Positions 30,410 to 40,382 are shown, numbered from the stretch's first letter. The stretch: 64,000 bases of DNA from Lentisphaeria bacterium (GCA_041690595.1 JAWLHB010000026.1:1-64000), one strand, 5' to 3'. The notes: generated by a model from the letters alone, not told the origin. A program made the numbers and translations.

Positions 30410-31120
30410 ATGGCAAGCAACATGCAATATTACGTTCGCACGACGGACGGAAAAGAATACGGTCCCGCCGAACAGGACGTGCTCATCCAGTGGGCCAAGG
30501 CCGGACGCATCACCAGCTCGTGCCAGGTGCGAAACGCGCTCGTCCACAAGTGGGCACCTGCCCTGAAGATCCCATTTCTGAAATCCGTTGTGCGCAATGA
30601 AGAGGAGGAGGCCAAGAAGAAACGGCTGATCCCCGAGTCGCACGACCAGGTGGATCTGGGCTTCTCGCTCAATCGGCGCGGCAAATACCGCTACGTCCCC
30701 GCGAGCGTCGGCATGCGCTTCGGCGCATGGGTGATGGACATGCTGATTGTCGGCGCGGCGGCACTGCTCCTTTTGGCGTTCGGCTGGTCCATGATCGAAA
30801 ATGGAGCTGTCCGCGATGGGGTTTGGATGCTTGTGAGCATCGGCATCCTCGCTCTCTACCTGCTCTACTACGTCGTAGCCATGGGACTGCGGGCGCAGAC
30901 GGTGGGACAATGGTTCTGGGGCATCATGGCGACGCGCCCGGACGGCCGCCCCGTGCTCATGGGCCGTGCCTGCTGGTTCGCCGTACTGGAATTGCTCTTC
31001 TTCTGGTCTACCCTGCTCTTCGTCTTCGTGTTGCCCAGCAAGCGCGGCATTCAGGATATGCTGAGCGGTGTGGCCATATCGCGCATCACCGTTCGTGAAA
31101 TCGCCGCTGCTTCGGTATGA
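30410..31120 (+). CDS. RDD family protein with N-terminal GYF_2-like domain
   Basis: YYVRTTDGKEYGP..W...GRI; ASVGMRFGAWVMD, QTVGQ..GI, RGIQDMLSG. Confidence 0.82.
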   Translation: MASNMQYYVRTTDGKEYGPAEQDVLIQWAKAGRITSSCQVRNALVHKWAPALKIPFLKSVVRNEEEEAKKKRLIPESHDQVDLGFSLNRRGKYRYVPASVGMRFGAWVMDMLIVGAAALLLLAFGWSMIENGAVRDGVWMLVSIGILALYLLYYVVAMGLRAQTVGQWFWGIMATRPDGRPVLMGRACWFAVLELLFFWSTLLFVFVLPSKRGIQDMLSGVAISRITVREIAAASV

Positions 31121-32289
31121 CCTCCAAGCTGGCTGCCGCGAGCCCATCCAAACGCCTGCCCGGCAAGCGTCGTGGCTTCTCGTGGCCGCTCTTTCGCTAT
31201 GTGCTGCGGGAATTTCTCGGCATCCTCGGCATCACCCTCCTTGCCTTCGCTACTCTCTTTCTGGTGGCGGCACTCTATGACGACCTCGAGGACTTTACCT
31301 CGCGGAAGATTCCAGCGGTTACGATAGCCAGGTATTTCCTCCTCCTCCAGCCGGATATGCTTCTTACGGTGATCCCGATGTCGCTGCTTCTTGCCGCGAT
31401 GTATACGGTCGCCACCATGTGCAAGAACAATGAGTTGACCGCGATTCGGGCCTCGGGGCTCTCCATCCTCCACGCGTTTCAGCCCCTGCTGCTTGTCGCT
31501 TTCTGCTTCATGCTGCTCCAGGGCTTTCTGGCCGAGTTTGTCGCGCCGGCATCGCGAAACCGTGCACTCGGCATGCACGAGCGACTCACGTCCAGACCCT
31601 CCGAAGTGGCTGCCGCGCGCATGAGCAAGACGCTTGCCTATCGTAACCGCCAGGACCGGCGCGACTGGGTCTTCCGGAACTTCCAGCCAAAAGGGATCTC
31701 CAGCGATGTCGTCGTGACGCAGTTTCGCCCGGAAGGTACCGTCGCCTGGGAATTGCGCGCCCGCGAAGCGCACTTTGATGAGACTGCCGGCCATTGGCGC
31801 TTCTCGGATGTCCTCGAGACGGTCTTCACCGAGGTCGGTACCGAATTGGCTGAACCCCCGCGCCAGGCGGCAACCCTGGCCAGAGAGGAGCTGCGGGAGA
31901 AGCCGGATTCCATGTCCTTCTACTTCAGCATCAAACCCGCCATCGACATGTCGATCAGCGACATTGTGCGCGTGCTGAACCACCCCGATGGTGATCTGAG
32001 CGCGGCGTCGCGGGCCGTTCTGCGTACCCATCTCTACTCTCGAATCTCCCTGCCGTTTTCCTGCATGATAGCGGTTCTCCTGGGCATTCCGCTGGCAATC
32101 TTTCGTGAACGGTCGGCGACCATGCGCAGCATCATTCTTGGTGTTGTGGTGATGGCGCTATATTATGTGCTTGCGCAGCTCTTCGTGATGATGGGCAAGA
32201 CGCAGACGCTGCCGCCGTTGCTTGCCGGTACCTTTCCCACACTCCTCTTCCTCTCGTGGGGAATGTGGGAGATGAAGCGCAAAATCTGA
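31117..32289 (+). CDS. LPS export ABC permease LptF/LptG family
   Basis: RYVLREF, NNELTAIRASGLS, RISLPFSC..LLGIPL. Confidence 0.88.
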   Translation: MTSKLAAASPSKRLPGKRRGFSWPLFRYVLREFLGILGITLLAFATLFLVAALYDDLEDFTSRKIPAVTIARYFLLLQPDMLLTVIPMSLLLAAMYTVATMCKNNELTAIRASGLSILHAFQPLLLVAFCFMLLQGFLAEFVAPASRNRALGMHERLTSRPSEVAAARMSKTLAYRNRQDRRDWVFRNFQPKGISSDVVVTQFRPEGTVAWELRAREAHFDETAGHWRFSDVLETVFTEVGTELAEPPRQAATLAREELREKPDSMSFYFSIKPAIDMSISDIVRVLNHPDGDLSAASRAVLRTHLYSRISLPFSCMIAVLLGIPLAIFRERSATMRSIILGVVVMALYYVLAQLFVMMGKTQTLPPLLAGTFPTLLFLSWGMWEMKRKI

Positions 32290-32301
32290 GGCTGCTGGAT
32301 C

Positions 32302-33552
32302 ATGGGTAATATTCGCAAACGACGCCGCGACCCTCTCGCTCGGGAGGATGTGAAGAAGGCGCACAAGCGTCTGCTTATCCGTCGTGGCAGCAGCCCTGGC
32401 GTGGCGGGTGAGGACAAGAGTCTGCAGGCGATGCACCGTCGTCGGCGGTGGATCATTCAGGCAGCCCTGGCGCTGGCGGCGGTCGTCGCCGTGGTGGGCA
32501 CATGGCTGCAGTCGCGCCACGACGTCATCCCGAAGCCACCAAAGCTTTACATACCCGTCGGAGCGCCCGCGCCGATCTTTGGGGACGCGGCAAGTCTCCC
32601 GGTCGGTGCCCGCGAGGTGGCAGATGCCCGCCTGGCCGGCTTGGCTGGACTGGCGGAAGGAAGCGGACTGGCGCAGCAGACGCAGCTCGCCCTTGCGGAG
32701 GAAATGAAGTGGCCCGTTGAGATCGAAAACTCCATAGGCATGCGTTTCCGGTTGATCCCGCACAGTACCTTCGTCGTGGGCACTCCTGATGAAGCGGTGC
32801 AACGGGCCCCTGATGAGACGGCTCGTGTCGCCGCGATTCGACGACCTGTCTACATGGGGATGCATGAGGTGACGCAGGCGCAGTGGGAAGCGGTCATGGG
32901 CGCCGGCACCAACCCTGCCGAATTGAAGGGCGCGAATCGACCGGTGGAAAACGTGACCTGGGTAGAGTGCCGCGAGTTCATCGCCAAGCTGTGTGAGATC
33001 GAGGGGGTGCCGCGTTGGTCATACCGCCTCCCCTATGAGGCAGAGTGGGAATACGCTTGTCGTGCCGGCACTCAGACCGCCTGGCATTGCGGTGATGACG
33101 ATAAACAATTGCCCAAATACGCCCTCTTTTACCGCAATGTCACAGCGTCGGGAACTGAGCCGGTGGGGCAGCGACGCCCAAACGCCTGGGGACTTCACAA
33201 CATGCATGGCAATGTCTGGGAATGGTGCCTGGAAAAGTTCTACTACTACGAAGATCTGGAAGTCAAGGATGAGGTCCGACGCGTGATTCGCGGCGGAAAC
33301 TGGCATCTGGAGGCTGTTGACTGCCGCTCCGCAAGCCGGTACCGGCTGCCGCCGCTCTCGCACAGCAACCTGCTTGGCTTCCGCGTTGTACGCAGCATCT
33401 ATCGGCCGGCGCCGCCCGTCTTTCACCCGGCAGAAGGTGACCGTGCCGCGCGGGAACGCGCGCAACAGGATCCGCTGGATGCCCCTGTCGTGCCCGATGA
33501 GGAGCTATTCGACGTCGAGACACCCGAAGTTGACGTGCAGGAGCCACAGTAG
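32302..33552 (+). CDS. Membrane-anchored formylglycine-generating-enzyme (SUMF1/FGE-sulfatase) domain protein
   Basis: NSIGM, EVTQAQW, PVENVTW, YRLPYEAEWEYACRAG, NAWGLHNMHGNVWEWC, GFRVV. Confidence 0.9.
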   Translation: MGNIRKRRRDPLAREDVKKAHKRLLIRRGSSPGVAGEDKSLQAMHRRRRWIIQAALALAAVVAVVGTWLQSRHDVIPKPPKLYIPVGAPAPIFGDAASLPVGAREVADARLAGLAGLAEGSGLAQQTQLALAEEMKWPVEIENSIGMRFRLIPHSTFVVGTPDEAVQRAPDETARVAAIRRPVYMGMHEVTQAQWEAVMGAGTNPAELKGANRPVENVTWVECREFIAKLCEIEGVPRWSYRLPYEAEWEYACRAGTQTAWHCGDDDKQLPKYALFYRNVTASGTEPVGQRRPNAWGLHNMHGNVWEWCLEKFYYYEDLEVKDEVRRVIRGGNWHLEAVDCRSASRYRLPPLSHSNLLGFRVVRSIYRPAPPVFHPAEGDRAARERAQQDPLDAPVVPDEELFDVETPEVDVQEPQ

Positions 33553-33613
33553 ACTTCATGCTTGCGTTGGCCGATCTCATGCGACCGTCATGGCCGGATC
33601 CTGGCACATGGGC

Positions 33614-33653
33614 AAAAAGAAGCCCCGCGCACCGCGTGTAGCGGCGGCGGGGC
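33614..33653 (-). terminator. Probable intrinsic terminator after rplT
   Basis: Minus strand GCCCCG..CGGGGC stem followed by TTCTTTTT. Confidence 0.65.
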
Positions 33654-33678
33654 AAAACATACCGAACGGCAGTACCGG

Positions 33679-34041
33679 TCAGCTCTTGGCGATGGCCTGA
33701 CGGGCTTGGGTGACGACGGCCTCGAAGGCATCGGCGTCACGCACGGCCATATCAGCCAGAACCTTGCGGTTCAGCTCGATTCCGGCCAGCTTGAGGCCAT
33801 GAATGAACTGGCTGTACGTCATGTCAAGGCTGCGACAGGCGGCATTGATACGCACGGTCCACAGGCGACGGTACTCGCGTTTCTTCTGCTTGCGCCCTTC
33901 GTACGAAAAGGCATTCGCCTTGTTGACGGCGCCGTACGCCTGGCGGATAAGTTTGCTGCGCGAGCCGCGAAAACCGCTGGCGCGCTTGAGCACTTTTTTG
34001 CGACGCTGCCGTGAGGCAGGGGAACTGGTTGCGCGTGGCAT
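33679..34041 (-). CDS. rplT: 50S ribosomal protein L20
   Basis: [41 protein letters not shown]. Confidence 0.97.
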   Translation of the reverse strand: MPRATSSPASRQRRKKVLKRASGFRGSRSKLIRQAYGAVNKANAFSYEGRKQKKREYRRLWTVRINAACRSLDMTYSQFIHGLKLAGIELNRKVLADMAVRDADAFEAVVTQARQAIAKS

Positions 34042-34115
34042 GATTCAGTCTCCGGTTGAGTGAAAGTAAGCACAGGGGCGGGAGCAAGCCCGCCGCGGAC
34101 GGTGGGGGGCGGCGA

Positions 34116-34313
34116 TCAGTCGTACGGAAGCGAAGCTTTGATTCGCTTGATCTCCGTGGACTTGATCAGGGCGGGGGTGCCGAGACGGCGCTTCCGCTTG
34201 GCGGACTTCTTGGTGAGAATGTGCCGACCACCGGCCCGGTAGTGCATGTACTTGCCTGTACCGGTCTTCTTCACGCGCTTTTTACAACTCTTTCGGGTCT
34301 TCTGTTTGGGCAT
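34116..34313 (-). CDS. rpmI: 50S ribosomal protein L35
   Basis: MPKQKTRKS..KRVKKTGTGK..HILTKKS.KRKRRL; synteny. Confidence 0.95.
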   Translation of the reverse strand: MPKQKTRKSCKKRVKKTGTGKYMHYRAGGRHILTKKSAKRKRRLGTPALIKSTEIKRIKASLPYD

Positions 34314-34486
34314 TGTCTGCTCCGCTCGCTTGTTGGTATCGTGTGAGGTGCAGGCTACCGGGGGAGCCGGATTCATCGCCGTCGCGATGCCACGGTCAGC
34401 CATACATAAAACTTCTGCCCGCGGGGAAACTGAACAGATCGCGCAGCACCCGGGGCAGTTTTCAGGGGATAGAGCTGGTTGTGAAC

Positions 34487-35002
34487 TCAGGTAGCGTTCG
34501 GACTGAATTGCAGACTTACCACGCGACCTTGCATCCGCGCGCGCCCTTCAGCCGTTCCGTGTTCCTTGACATCTTCCGTGATCTTCTCGATCAATTCCAT
34601 GCCGATCTCACGATGCGCCATCTCTCGGCCCCTGAAAAACAGGGAAACCTTGACTCTAAACCCTTTGTCGAGAAAGTCAACAATGTGGGCAAGTTTTGTC
34701 TTGTAGTCGTGCTCGTCGATGTTGGCGTGGAATTTGATCTCTTTGTTCTTCTGGGTGGCCTGCTTACGCTTCTGTTCGCGCTCGCGCTTGTTTTTCTCGT
34801 AGACGTACTTGCCATAATTCATGAGTCGGCAGACGGGCGGAGTAGCCTTATCGGCGACCGCAACGAGATCAAGTCCGTTTTCCTTGGCCAGCGCCAGTGC
34901 CTTATCAATGGGAAGAATGCCCAACTGATTGTTCTCCGGATCGATCAGGCGGACTTCACGTCCACGCAGTGTCCGGTCGTTATCTCTGACAACGCGAGAA
35001 AT
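34487..35002 (-). CDS. infC: Translation initiation factor IF-3 (probable ATT start)
   Basis: EVRLID, GLDLV..PPVCRLMNYGK..Y, KEIKF..I.EHD..K, FRGRE; GGAGG 8 nt before in-frame ATT at 35002. Confidence 0.95.
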   Translation of the reverse strand: MSRVVRDNDRTLRGREVRLIDPENNQLGILPIDKALALAKENGLDLVAVADKATPPVCRLMNYGKYVYEKNKREREQKRKQATQKNKEIKFHANIDEHDYKTKLAHIVDFLDKGFRVKVSLFFRGREMAHREIGMELIEKITEDVKEHGTAEGRARMQGRVVSLQFSPNAT

Positions 35003-35091
35003 AGCTCGACCCTCCATTTAGGTTTATTTGTGCAGAAAACCCCCTTGCGCACGAACTGGCGGGCGCATCGAGAATTTTCACATTACTAAAG

Positions 35092-35097
35092 TATAGG
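35092..35097 (-). promoter_or_regulatory. Putative -10 element (TATACT) for infC operon
   Basis: TATACT on minus strand in AT-rich intergenic region; no clear -35. Confidence 0.4.
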
Positions 35098-35155
35098 AGT
35101 TCTTAGCCAAAATAAAAGAGCAGGAAATCTCTCACGCTCGACTTTTTTGCCCAAA

Positions 35156-36427
35156 TCAGTCCAAATCGTTCATCATTCTCAGCATTGACCGCAAGTGCCG
35201 ACGGTCCACACGGTCGTTTTCGCCACTTCTGGTGTGCCGAAGCGCGACAAGGTTGGCGGCAATCTCTCGCTCGCCCAGGATGCAGGCACATGGCACGGCC
35301 AGTTGGTGCAGGAGGCGTACCCGTGCCCCCAGAGTGCGGTCGGAGGGCCAGACCTCGGCGCGAATAGCCGAATCGCGAAGGACGTGAAGGAGCTCTTCCG
35401 CGGCGGCCTGCTGATGCTCGATCACGGGCAGAATAGCAACCTGCAGTGGCGCCAGAAAGAAGGGCAGGTGGCCGCTGCCGTGCTCGAGAAGAAGCGCACA
35501 CTGATGCTCCAGGCTGCCGAGCAGTTGCAGGTGAATCACCATCGAGTCGCCGCGGGGGCGAAGCGAACAGCTGCCTGTCCAACTCTCGCGACCGAGAGGA
35601 TCCACCACATACGCCTGCACGCTTGCCCCGTCCTGGTGGCGACGGATGGGGACGACAGCTTTCCGATATGACCCGAGAACCATCGACAGGAGCCCTTCGA
35701 GCGGCTCCATGTGGTCAGGGTGCGCCTGGTGCAGGCGAAGCGTCGGAGGTGGAAGTTGCAGGCGCTTCCAGTGCCGGTGCGCCACCGCCAGGACCTGGTG
35801 CAGCTTGTCGGCCAGCTCCGCTCGGGTGACCTGCCAGGTCATGAGGTCGACGCGCGGTGATGCCGTGGGCAGCAGCTGTTGCCAAGGCTGATGCAGCGAC
35901 GCGGAAGCAAGGGGGCCAAGTTCAGCGACGTCTTCTCCGAGGGCGGCATGTGCCAGACAACGTTCCTCGAACGTCGCGGCCGTGGTGACACGCCGCAGGC
36001 CGTGCTCGGTGGCTGTCTGTTGCCAAAGGTCGGCGATCAGCTTGCCCAGCAAGTCACCTCGGGGCTGCCACCGCGGCCCGTCGCGCGAGACCGAGTACAA
36101 CCCAAGGCGTTCCCCCAGGCCGCGGCAGTCACCCTGCTTAGCCTGCTGAAGAAGGTCGAGCCGTGCCTGCAACTCGTCAGCGCAGGGGCAGCAGAGTCCG
36201 TACAGGCGATGATGGTGCGCCTGCGTGCTGCTGCTGTGATGGCGATAGGGAGCGCCGTGAAGAACGGCGACGCACGGGTGGGGCATGATGGTGGGGGAGG
36301 GTGGGGCGGCGCCTGCCGGCAGATCGAGATCGCAAATGAAACGTTCGTGATCGGTTCGTACTGCCGCGAGGTGGCCGGCCGCGACCGCCGGTACGCTGTG
36401 GAGGATGTCGGTAAGGGGCGATGTCAT
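35156..36427 (-). CDS. Degenerate threonyl-tRNA synthetase paralog (ThrRS-like pseudoenzyme or decaying thrS), 423 aa
   Basis: RLYG..ELQARL..QQAKQGDCRGLG..LGL (cf. RIYG..EEAKKRDHRKLG), DPLGRESW..SC, MVIH..LGSLEH, LPFFLAPLQV.ILP anticodon domain; native thrS position. Confidence 0.78.
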   Translation of the reverse strand: MTSPLTDILHSVPAVAAGHLAAVRTDHERFICDLDLPAGAAPPSPTIMPHPCVAVLHGAPYRHHSSSTQAHHHRLYGLCCPCADELQARLDLLQQAKQGDCRGLGERLGLYSVSRDGPRWQPRGDLLGKLIADLWQQTATEHGLRRVTTAATFEERCLAHAALGEDVAELGPLASASLHQPWQQLLPTASPRVDLMTWQVTRAELADKLHQVLAVAHRHWKRLQLPPPTLRLHQAHPDHMEPLEGLLSMVLGSYRKAVVPIRRHQDGASVQAYVVDPLGRESWTGSCSLRPRGDSMVIHLQLLGSLEHQCALLLEHGSGHLPFFLAPLQVAILPVIEHQQAAAEELLHVLRDSAIRAEVWPSDRTLGARVRLLHQLAVPCACILGEREIAANLVALRHTRSGENDRVDRRHLRSMLRMMNDLD

Positions 36428-36524
36428 GACAAAAGATAATGGTGGCTTGATTTAACGCCAGCCGCTTGCCGGTGGAGAGGGAGCGGATACAGTTGGACAA
36501 ATCCTAAACTCTTTAACGAGGAGC

Positions 36525-37013
36525 ATGCAAGCGATGGACGAACTGGACAAAGGACTGGCAATTTCCCTGCGCGGAACGGCGGCAGAAGAAGCCCTCGAGC
36601 GTTGCCGGAAGGTCTTGGCGGCGTGGCAGGTCGCCATGCCGGACGTACAGCCTCTGGTGCTCGATTTCGGCCTTGGCGATTTCGCCGGGACCGGTCTGAT
36701 TGAATACTGGATCGCCAACGAGGCGGAGGCCGGCTATTGCGGCAAGTATCTCTTCGTCTTCGAGGGGCAGACATGTCCCCTCCATCGTCACGCCCGAAAG
36801 ATGGAGACCTTTTTTGTGGTGAAGGGGCGCCTGCTGGTCAACTACGGAGAGCGCCAGTTGGTGCTGAACGAGGGCGATGTGCTGCCGGTACAGCCCGGGC
36901 ATTTTCACAGTTTTACTGGCGAGGGCGGGCCTGCCCTGCTGCTGGAACTCTCGATGCCCTGTCAGGTGCAGGATAACGACTTTGCGGACGAACGCATCCC
37001 CATCGGCCGCTGA
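36525..37013 (+). CDS. D-lyxose/D-mannose family sugar isomerase (cupin)
   Basis: YCGKYLF..GQTCPLHRH..KMETF, PGHFHSF, E.S. Confidence 0.82.
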   Translation: MQAMDELDKGLAISLRGTAAEEALERCRKVLAAWQVAMPDVQPLVLDFGLGDFAGTGLIEYWIANEAEAGYCGKYLFVFEGQTCPLHRHARKMETFFVVKGRLLVNYGERQLVLNEGDVLPVQPGHFHSFTGEGGPALLLELSMPCQVQDNDFADERIPIGR

Positions 37014-37016
37014 TGG

Positions 37017-37367
37017 TCAGGATCGCTCCTCCCGATAATGGATGGCGAGCCAGACACACGGCGGCGTGCTGCTGGTTGCTTCGACCCGATGGCGGCAATG
37101 TGCGGGGATCAGGATGTAGTCGCCAGGGACGAGCTGGAGCGGTGCGTGGGCATCGGCGAAACGGAGGGTTGCCTCGCCTTGCAGAAGGAGAACCCATTCC
37201 GGGCGCTCCTGATCATACCACGCATCGGCGGCGGTCACGTGCCCTTGCGATACGATACGTTCCACCAGCAGGCCTGCCTGTTCGACGAGCGGCTCGAAGG
37301 CTTCGTCGGCACCTCGCACGGGAAGGTCATGGTAAAGATTCTTGAGTATGGGGAGTGGCATGGGCAT
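37017..37367 (-). CDS. Cupin domain protein
   Basis: ERIVSQGH..WYDQ...EWVLLLQG.A.L, IPAHCRHRV..T...CVWLA. Confidence 0.85.
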   Translation of the reverse strand: MPMPLPILKNLYHDLPVRGADEAFEPLVEQAGLLVERIVSQGHVTAADAWYDQERPEWVLLLQGEATLRFADAHAPLQLVPGDYILIPAHCRHRVEATSSTPPCVWLAIHYREERS

Positions 37368-37479
37368 TTCCTGCTTTATATTCCCGCCTGAGGCGAATGC
37401 CTCTTCCCGAACACTATAGCACCACCAGAGAGAGCTTTCTTCCGTGCGTCTGACCCGAAATCTCGAGCCAGTAACCGAT

Positions 37480-38793
37480 ATGGAACGTGCCGCCGCGGAG
37501 ATCGTCCGGCGTCTCCATGAGGCGGGGCATCAGGGCTACATGGTGGGCGGCGCGGTCCGGGATCGCCTGCTCGCACGGCATCCCAAGGACGTTGACGTGG
37601 CAACCGATGCCAGACCCGAGCGCGTCCAGAAGCTCTTTCCACGCACGCACGCCGTCGGCGCGGCATTCGGGGTGGTCCTGGTGCGCATGGGTGACCTCGA
37701 TATCGAGGTGGCCACCTTTCGCATTGAACGCGGCTATCGCGATGGCCGACGGCCAGACGTCGTGGACTACGCGACGGCCGAAGAGGATGCGTGGCGGCGC
37801 GACTTCACCGTCAACGCTCTCTTCTACGATGCCGTGGCTGGCGAGGTTGTCGATCATGTCGGCGGTCTGGCGGATCTGGATCGGGGAGTTCTGCGCGCGA
37901 TTGGCGACCCCCACAAGCGCTTTGCCGAGGATCACCTGCGGATGCTGCGCGCCGTACGCTTCGCCTGCAGCCTGGGCTTCGCTCTCGATGAGAAGACCGC
38001 CGACGCCATTCGCGATGCCGCGCCGGCAATTACACGAATCAGTGCCGAGCGCATCCATATGGAGCTGACGCGCATGCTGACGGGGCCGCGCCCCCACCGA
38101 GCCATGGCGATGCTCGACGATCTGCAACTTCTGCACCACATCCTGCCGGAAGTTAGCGCCATGAAGGGCGTTCCCCAGCCACCCCAGTTTCATCCGGAAG
38201 GCGATGTCTGGATTCACACGCTGCTCCTGCTCGAACTGATGGTGCATCCGCCGGCCGTACTGGCATGGGCATGCCTGCTGCACGACGTGGGCAAGCCTCC
38301 CACCTTCGCGCGCAGGGAGGATGGTCGCGAGACCTTTCCCTGTCATGCCGCCATCGGTGCCGACATGACGGCCGACATACTGAGGCGCTTGCGCGCGTCG
38401 CGCAGATTCACCGATGATGTGCGGGCGCTGGTCGAGACGCACATGACCTTTGCGCATGTCAAGGAGATGCGCGTGGCAACCTTGCGCCGGCTCATGGCTC
38501 GTCCCACCTTCGATCTCGAACTCGAGCTGCATCGCATCGACTGTTCCGCCAGCAGCGGGTGGATGGATAATTACCTCTTTCTGCTGGACAAGTTGCACGA
38601 GGTGGCCAACACCCCGAAGTTGCCCGAGCCCCTGCTGACCGGGCGCGATGTCCTGGCCCATGCTATCCCCGCGGGGCCGGCGATAGGGCGGATCCTCGAA
38701 GAGGCGCGCGAGCTGCAATTGAATGGCACCTTGAGCAGCCGCGAGGGAGCCCTGGCATGGCTTGCCGGGCGGGCGCATGGGGAGAAGGGCTGA
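37480..38793 (+). CDS. cca: CCA tRNA nucleotidyltransferase with HD domain
   Basis: VGGAVRD..KDVDVAT, E..Y.DGRRP loop, RRDFTVNA, EDHLRMLRAVRF, QPPQFHPEGDV..H, LLHDVGK; start 37444 or 37480. Confidence 0.88.
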   Translation: MERAAAEIVRRLHEAGHQGYMVGGAVRDRLLARHPKDVDVATDARPERVQKLFPRTHAVGAAFGVVLVRMGDLDIEVATFRIERGYRDGRRPDVVDYATAEEDAWRRDFTVNALFYDAVAGEVVDHVGGLADLDRGVLRAIGDPHKRFAEDHLRMLRAVRFACSLGFALDEKTADAIRDAAPAITRISAERIHMELTRMLTGPRPHRAMAMLDDLQLLHHILPEVSAMKGVPQPPQFHPEGDVWIHTLLLLELMVHPPAVLAWACLLHDVGKPPTFARREDGRETFPCHAAIGADMTADILRRLRASRRFTDDVRALVETHMTFAHVKEMRVATLRRLMARPTFDLELELHRIDCSASSGWMDNYLFLLDKLHEVANTPKLPEPLLTGRDVLAHAIPAGPAIGRILEEARELQLNGTLSSREGALAWLAGRAHGEKG

Positions 38794-40382
38794 TGTCAGC
38801 GTCGGGCAGTAAAATCAGCCGGGGCTTCGCCGCTGCGTCCAGCGGTATCCTGGGCAGCCGCGTCTCGGGGCTTGTGCGCGACATGGTATTCGGCGCTTTC
38901 TGGGGCACCAGCGATGCTCTCGGCGCCTTTCTGGTGGCCTTCACGGTGCCGAATCTGGTTCGCAGCCTGCTGGGAGAGGGGGCGCTCTCCGAAGGCTTTG
39001 TGCCGCTTTTCAACGAGCGGCTGGCCAAAGGCGGGAAGGCGAGCGCCTTCGCTATCCTCTGCAACGTCCTTTCCGTGGTCAGCCTGCTGTTGGCTGCACT
39101 TGTTGTCGTCGGCGTGATTGGCTGTGTGATTGCTTCGATGCTGCTCGAACCGGGCCTCGCGCGGTTGACTCTGAGACTTGCCGCTGCCCTCCTCCCTTAC
39201 ACCTTCTTCATCTGCCTCGTCGGTTTTCTCACCGGCGTTCTTAACAGCTTCGGCCGTTTCTCACTTCCCTTCCTCGCCCCGGTGATCCTGAACGTGATGT
39301 TCATCGTCGCGACGATGTGGCTCGCCCCACTGATCGGTACGGAGCAGCGGGTGCAGATCTTTGCCTTGGTCATTGGCGTAATGCTGGCCGGCATTCTCCA
39401 ACTGCTGGCCATGGGCTGGCTGCTCCATCGCCAGGGCTTTCGCTTTCGCTTCGTGCCGCGCTGGCGCAGCGAAGGCATGCATGAGTTATGGGCGCTGGTC
39501 CTGCCCGCATGCTTCGGTGCCGCCATCTATCAGGTTAACGTGCTGTGCGACCGGGTCGTGGCAGGGTGGCTTGGCGGCTATGCCGTAACGTCTCTCTACT
39601 ACAGCGAGCGACTGATCTTTCTGCCGATCGGCATCTTTGCGGTGGCGCTCTCCGCGGCCTGCCTCCCCGTCATGTCGCGCGCCTCTGCCGAAGCGGACGT
39701 CAGCGGCATGGTCTCCGCCCTCCTGTATGCGGTCCGGCACATCCTCTTTCTCACCCTGCCGTGCGTGCTGATCTTCATGCTGTTAGGACGAGAGGTCATC
39801 GCCCTGATCTTCGAGCGCGGCAGCTTCACCAGCGAAAGCACGGAGCATACCTTGGCCGCGCTGCTCTTCTATGCGCCCGGAATTCCCGCTTTCGCGGCGG
39901 CAAAAATCCTGCGCGCCGGCTTCTTCAGCCGGAAGAACACGCGCAGCCCGGTGCGCATTGCGGCACTCTGCATGGTGCTGAACCTGATTTTGAACCTCGC
40001 CCTCATGGGGCCGCTGCAGCAACGCGGCCTGGCCCTGGCCACGGTCGCAAGCGCCTGGTTGAACGTCATTCTCCTCACCCTTATCTTCTTTCGCTCGGTA
40101 CAGACCCCAGCGCTCGACCTGGCGCGGCTGGTGAAGTCGTTGCTCCGACAGGCTCTGGCGCTCTGCGTGATGGGGGTAGCTGTCTGGAGCAGCCGCACGT
40201 GGTTGGTCGATCACGTCGAACCCGGGCTGTTGGGCCAGATCCTTCACGTTGCCGTTCCGGCTGGAGTGGGCGGCGCGGCGTTCCTGGCGGTGGCCTGGTG
40301 GAGCGGTTCAGACGAGTGTCGTGAACTTCGCGCTCTCTTCGCGCGCAAGTTGTCAAAGGGGGGCGCGGGCGATACGGTATAG
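38793..40382 (+). CDS. murJ: Lipid II flippase MurJ (MviN)
   Basis: SRVSGLVRD, AFTVPNLVRSLLGEGALS..FVP, LYYSERLIFLPIGIF, GLALAT. Confidence 0.95.
   Translation: MSASGSKISRGFAAASSGILGSRVSGLVRDMVFGAFWGTSDALGAFLVAFTVPNLVRSLLGEGALSEGFVPLFNERLAKGGKASAFAILCNVLSVVSLLLAALVVVGVIGCVIASMLLEPGLARLTLRLAAALLPYTFFICLVGFLTGVLNSFGRFSLPFLAPVILNVMFIVATMWLAPLIGTEQRVQIFALVIGVMLAGILQLLAMGWLLHRQGFRFRFVPRWRSEGMHELWALVLPACFGAAIYQVNVLCDRVVAGWLGGYAVTSLYYSERLIFLPIGIFAVALSAACLPVMSRASAEADVSGMVSALLYAVRHILFLTLPCVLIFMLLGREVIALIFERGSFTSESTEHTLAALLFYAPGIPAFAAAKILRAGFFSRKNTRSPVRIAALCMVLNLILNLALMGPLQQRGLALATVASAWLNVILLTLIFFRSVQTPALDLARLVKSLLRQALALCVMGVAVWSSRTWLVDHVEPGLLGQILHVAVPAGVGGAAFLAVAWWSGSDECRELRALFARKLSKGGAGDTV

Noticed and set aside
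32302..33552. DGR target or true formylglycine-generating enzyme
   Set aside because: No reverse transcriptase or template repeat seen in the window; GGNWHLEAVDC lacks the first catalytic Cys of FGE
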